Assembly: GCF_001194135.2 (NCBI RefSeq)
Contig: NC_068993.1
Span: 54,566,543-54,604,089, forward strand
Length of the DNA stretch: 37,547 nucleotides
Reading direction: 5' to 3'
DNA from: Octopus bimaculoides
Taxonomy: Eukaryota
In this document: in pieces, positions 34,087 through 37,547 of the stretch
Layout of the letters: every line of letters begins with the position of its first letter
How positions within the stretch are numbered: position 1 is the first letter of the stretch
The notes under the pieces: generated by a model
The model's database searches: none
Seen by the model: the letters and a program-made list of their open reading frames with translations, nothing else
What the model was told of the DNA's origin: nothing
Position numbers and translations under genes: made by a program

Positions 34087-34659
34087 TTACATTTGAGTGA
34101 CCTCGGATTCTGAGGTACTGCTCGCCGTATCGTCTGCCATAGTGACCATGTGTAAATTGTCCAAAATGTTGCTAGGGTCATCCCAACATTCATTCGACGC
34201 CGAAGAACAGGAACTAGTATGATCCATATATTGGTTATCCAGATTCTGTTGGTTCTGTAGATCTCCATAAATCGGTGGTGCTGGCGGTACTTTTGGTGCA
34301 GTAACATCCTCAACGAGTTGGTCACAATCCCCAGCATCTGACTCGGGGCAGGGCTGAGGGACTCTTTGATAATGTCCATTATTTGCAGATCCAAGGAAAC
34401 TGCTGTATCCTCCGTTACCGAGACTGTCCGTAGAAGTGGACAGGTCGGAGGCATTGATAACAGGAGGGTCTGGCGGTGGAGGGAGCATACTACTGCTGTG
34501 TGGTCGCTGCGACCCTTTTTTGCTATTGCTTGGGCTCCGTCGTCCTTTGTCTCGACGACTGTTCGACGTTGGGGCCGTACTGTTTGATCCGGACGTCCCT
34601 CCGTACAGGAGACCGTTACTACCCCTCATGTTTAGTCTGTAAGGGGCTGTAATGGTCCG
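34087..34659 (-). CDS. Large coding exon, probably terminal, of an unidentified minus-strand gene; Ser/Pro-rich, probably disordered C-terminal tail
   Basis: Acceptor catcccttcctcAG|CGG at 34660/34659 (phase 0). Open for 190 codons (RTITAPYRLNMRGSNGLLYGG...SSMLPPPPDPPVINASDL...CWDDPSNILDNLHMVTMADDTASSTSESEVTQM*), non-repetitive and GC-richer than flanks, followed by an AT-rich microsatellite-free UTR-like stretch. No recognisable domain. Confidence 0.85.
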   Translation of the reverse strand, partial: RTITAPYRLNMRGSNGLLYGGTSGSNSTAPTSNSRRDKGRRSPSNSKKGSQRPHSSSMLPPPPDPPVINASDLSTSTDSLGNGGYSSFLGSANNGHYQRVPQPCPESDAGDCDQLVEDVTAPKVPPAPPIYGDLQNQQNLDNQYMDHTSSCSSASNECWDDPSNILDNLHMVTMADDTASSTSESEVTQM

Positions 34660-35229
34660 CTGAGGAAGGGATGTAAATGTGTGTGTGTGTGTACTGTATG
34701 CTAGAGTCCTACTGTCCTAACAAACTCAAGTGGACTTATTTGTGGACGTCACAACTCTCTGACAACTAAACATCAGAGTTCTCTTACTTTTAATAATGCT
34801 ACCACCGTTTTTCAAACTGGCTGCTGCTTCCTCGCTTCTATCACTCCCACCGCACCCCCCTCTCTCTATGTATATCCGTGTGTATACGTCTCTACGTCTG
34901 CGTGTGTGTGTGTGTGAGTGTTTGTACAAGTACGTCTTTGTGTGTCTGTGTGTTCGTCTGTGTGCATGCATGTCTATGCGTCTGAGTGTTTGTGTCCCTC
35001 CCTCTGCATGTCTGTTTGCGCGCGCGCGCATGTGAACGTCGTGTGTGTGTGTGTGTGTGTGTGCGCGTGTGTGTGTGTGATTGCTTCGTTGGTTGGTTTC
35101 ACTCGTACCCCCTTGCCCCTCCCTCTCTCTCACTCTCTCTTTCGCTCTTTCTCCTTCTTCTCTCTTTCTCTGAACATGGGACCTCTGTGTGCGCCTGTGG
35201 CTGTCCCATCGGTGCGCGCGCGTATATAA

Positions 35230-35260
<31 letters not shown>

Positions 35261-35995
35261 AACATATATATATATATAATACACAGAAATAACAGTCCAT
35301 ACACACACATATACACAAGAATAAACATACATACATACATACATACATTCATAGATACGTACGTACATACATATGTATGCTTGTTCGCGCGCGATGGGTG
35401 TTGTGTCAATATGTAACCGTCTGTATATATTTCCATGTCAGTATGTCAACGTGTTCGTTCGTATACGCCTGTGTTTACATGTTTGTGTATGTTTAAGGAA
35501 CGAGTATATAGAGGTGAGAATTACGTGTCTTGTCGCTAGTGTGCATACGTGTCTGTGTGAGTGTGAGTGTGTGTGTGTGTGTGTGTGTGCGTGTGCGTGT
35601 GTGTACCTAATAATCCATTTTTGTATATACATACGTTTGTGAAATGCTTCTGGGTATTTTCTACATACATGTATGAGAGTATTTGAATATACAAGTTATG
35701 TATGTATATAAGAATGTATATTTGCTTGGAAAAGGCGCGCACGAACGCACACACAGACACAATATGTCTCCGTTTAGTGTTGACTGCGGATAAAAAAGAG
35801 TACTCAATACCCGAAAAAAAGATTCGACTTTGCCTTTCATCCTTTCTGGATCGAAGAAAAGGAATACCAGTTGAGCACTGGGGTCGATGTAATCCCTCGA
35901 AAATATATCTTGTTTTGGGTCGATTCAGTCTCTTTCTTGTTGGGACTTCACCTGTGGTTGGTACTGGCTCTTCAAGCAAGTCATGGCTGCTGGCG

Positions 35996-36043
<48 letters not shown>

Positions 36044-37547
36044 NNNNNNNNNNNNNNNNNNNNNNNNNNNNNNNNNNNNNNNNNNNNNNNNNNNNNNNNN
36101 NNNNNNNNNNNNNNNNNNNNNNNNNNNNNNNNNNNNNNNNNNNNNNNNNNNNNNNNNNNNNNNNNNNNNNNNNNNNNNNNNNNNNNNNNNNNNNNNNNNN
36201 NNNNNNNNNNNNNNNNNNNNNNNNNNNNNNNNNNNNNNNNNNNNNNNNNNNNNNNNNNNNNNNNNNNNNNNNNNNNNNNNNNNNNNNNNNNNNNNNNNNN
36301 NNNNNNNNNNNNNNNNNNNNNNNNNNNNNNNNNNNNNNNNNNNNNNNNNNNNNNNNNNNNNNNNNNNNNNNNNNNNNNNNNNNNNNNNNNNNNNNNNNNN
36401 NNNNNNNNNNNNNNNNNNNNNNNNNNNNNNNNNNNNNNNNNNNNNNNNNNNNNNNNNNNNNNNNNNNNNNNNNNNNNNNNNNNNNNNNNNNNNNNNNNNN
36501 NNNNNNNNNNNNNNNNNNNNNNNNNNNNNNNNNNNNNNNNNNNNNNNNNNNNNNNNNNNNNNNNNNNNNNNNNNNNNNNNNNNNNNNNNNNNNNNNNNNN
36601 NNNNNNNNNNNNNNNNNNNNNNNNNNNNNNNNNNNNNNNNNNNNNNNNNNNNNNNNNNNNNNNNNNNNNNNNNNNNNNNNNNNNNNNNNNNNNNNNNNNN
36701 NNNNNNNNNNNNNNNNNNNNNNNNNNNNNNNNNNNNNNNNNNNNNNNNNNNNNNNNNNNNNNNNNNNNNNNNNNNNNNNNNNNNNNNNNNNNNNNNNNNN
36801 NNNNNNNNNNNNNNNNNNNNNNNNNNNNNNNNNNNNNNNNNNNNNNNNNNNNNNNNNNNNNNNNNNNNNNNNNNNNNNNNNNNNNNNNNNNNNNNNNNNN
36901 GTGTGTGTGTGTGTGTGTGAAATGTAGCATGTTGGTGTGATTTGATGGAGTAGAAGTTGGGTATGGGGGGGGGGTTAAGCGATAAAAAGAGAAGAGGGCG
37001 GGAAATAACTGAACAAACGGCGTACGTCTAGGGGTAGGGACGGGGTGAGCAGTCTTACAAATGATGATGGGACATTTTGCGATAGAGGTCTCTTAAACTA
37101 CTGTAGATTATTATGTTTGTGGTTATGTGGTTATATATGCTTGTTCATCGATTAATATGTATTTCTCGCTCTCTCTTTCTCTCTCTCAATACATACATAC
37201 ATACATACATACATACATACATACACTCATACATACATACGCATACATATGTAGTTAAATAAGATTCGGGTAAAAAAAAAAGAGCCCTGTAGTATGCTAT
37301 GCAAAGCTCGTCCACGGTTATTGGCTAGCTGATGTCATCATACACTGGAAATACAGCAACTACTGGAGAAACATAAGGAATTCCAAAGTATCGGTCGAGT
37401 TCATATAAATAGATAAATGATAGACAATGGAATGAACGATATTCTTTAATTAAAACACTACAATTGTTTCGGCAAATGTTTCGAAGTGTGTCGAAACAGA
37501 TGTAGTGACATTATATATAGAAAGTCGTTCGTTCCAGTTTCTATCAT

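Larger units (their letters stand above)
2693..36900. other. Assembly gaps (13): 2693-3109, 3647-3852, 8237-8404, 9114-9592, 11392-11817, 14279-14358, 16250-16375, 19634-19704, 20359-20703, 27104-27346, 31344-32012, 33162-33630, 36044-36900
   Basis: Runs of N, mostly abutting simple repeats or SINEs; they may hide additional exons. Confidence 0.99.

Noticed and set aside
1-37547. Most ORFs in the supplied track (THTH, YIYI, VCVC, YLSI and poly-X translations)
   Set aside because: They are read-throughs of microsatellites or N gaps.

Overview
Eukaryotic, repeat-saturated genomic DNA from a short-read assembly, with 13 N-gaps (about 4.6 kb) that are mostly flanked by microsatellites. The tRNA-headed SINE families and the extreme AC/AT/ATAC/ATCT microsatellite density suggest an octopus genome; this is inference and needs a BLAST check. 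Nearly all ORFs in the supplied track are microsatellite or gap artefacts. The clearest coding signal is on the minus strand: a 573-nt Ser/Pro-rich exon (34659-34087) and a phase-compatible chain of three small exons missed by the ORF track (8055-7923, 5473-5445, 4753-4687), plus weaker candidate exons. I cannot name any gene. The rest is three SINE families (over 20 copies or fragments), decayed RTE-clade LINE pieces, hAT and mariner ends, and several degenerate mini/satellite arrays. I found no prokaryotic system, CRISPR array, rRNA or intact tRNA. The most interesting extras are a minimal Penelope-type hammerhead ribozyme motif (12753-12789), an 81-nt pre-miRNA-like hairpin (23048-23128), an array of ERE-like palindromes amplified inside a hAT end (8712-8950), a compact AP-1/CCAAT/CRE/GC-box cluster (3944-4015), a stop codon overlapping a perfect splice donor (34090), an AG|GT recursive-splice-like site (15320) and an RFX X-box (17106).
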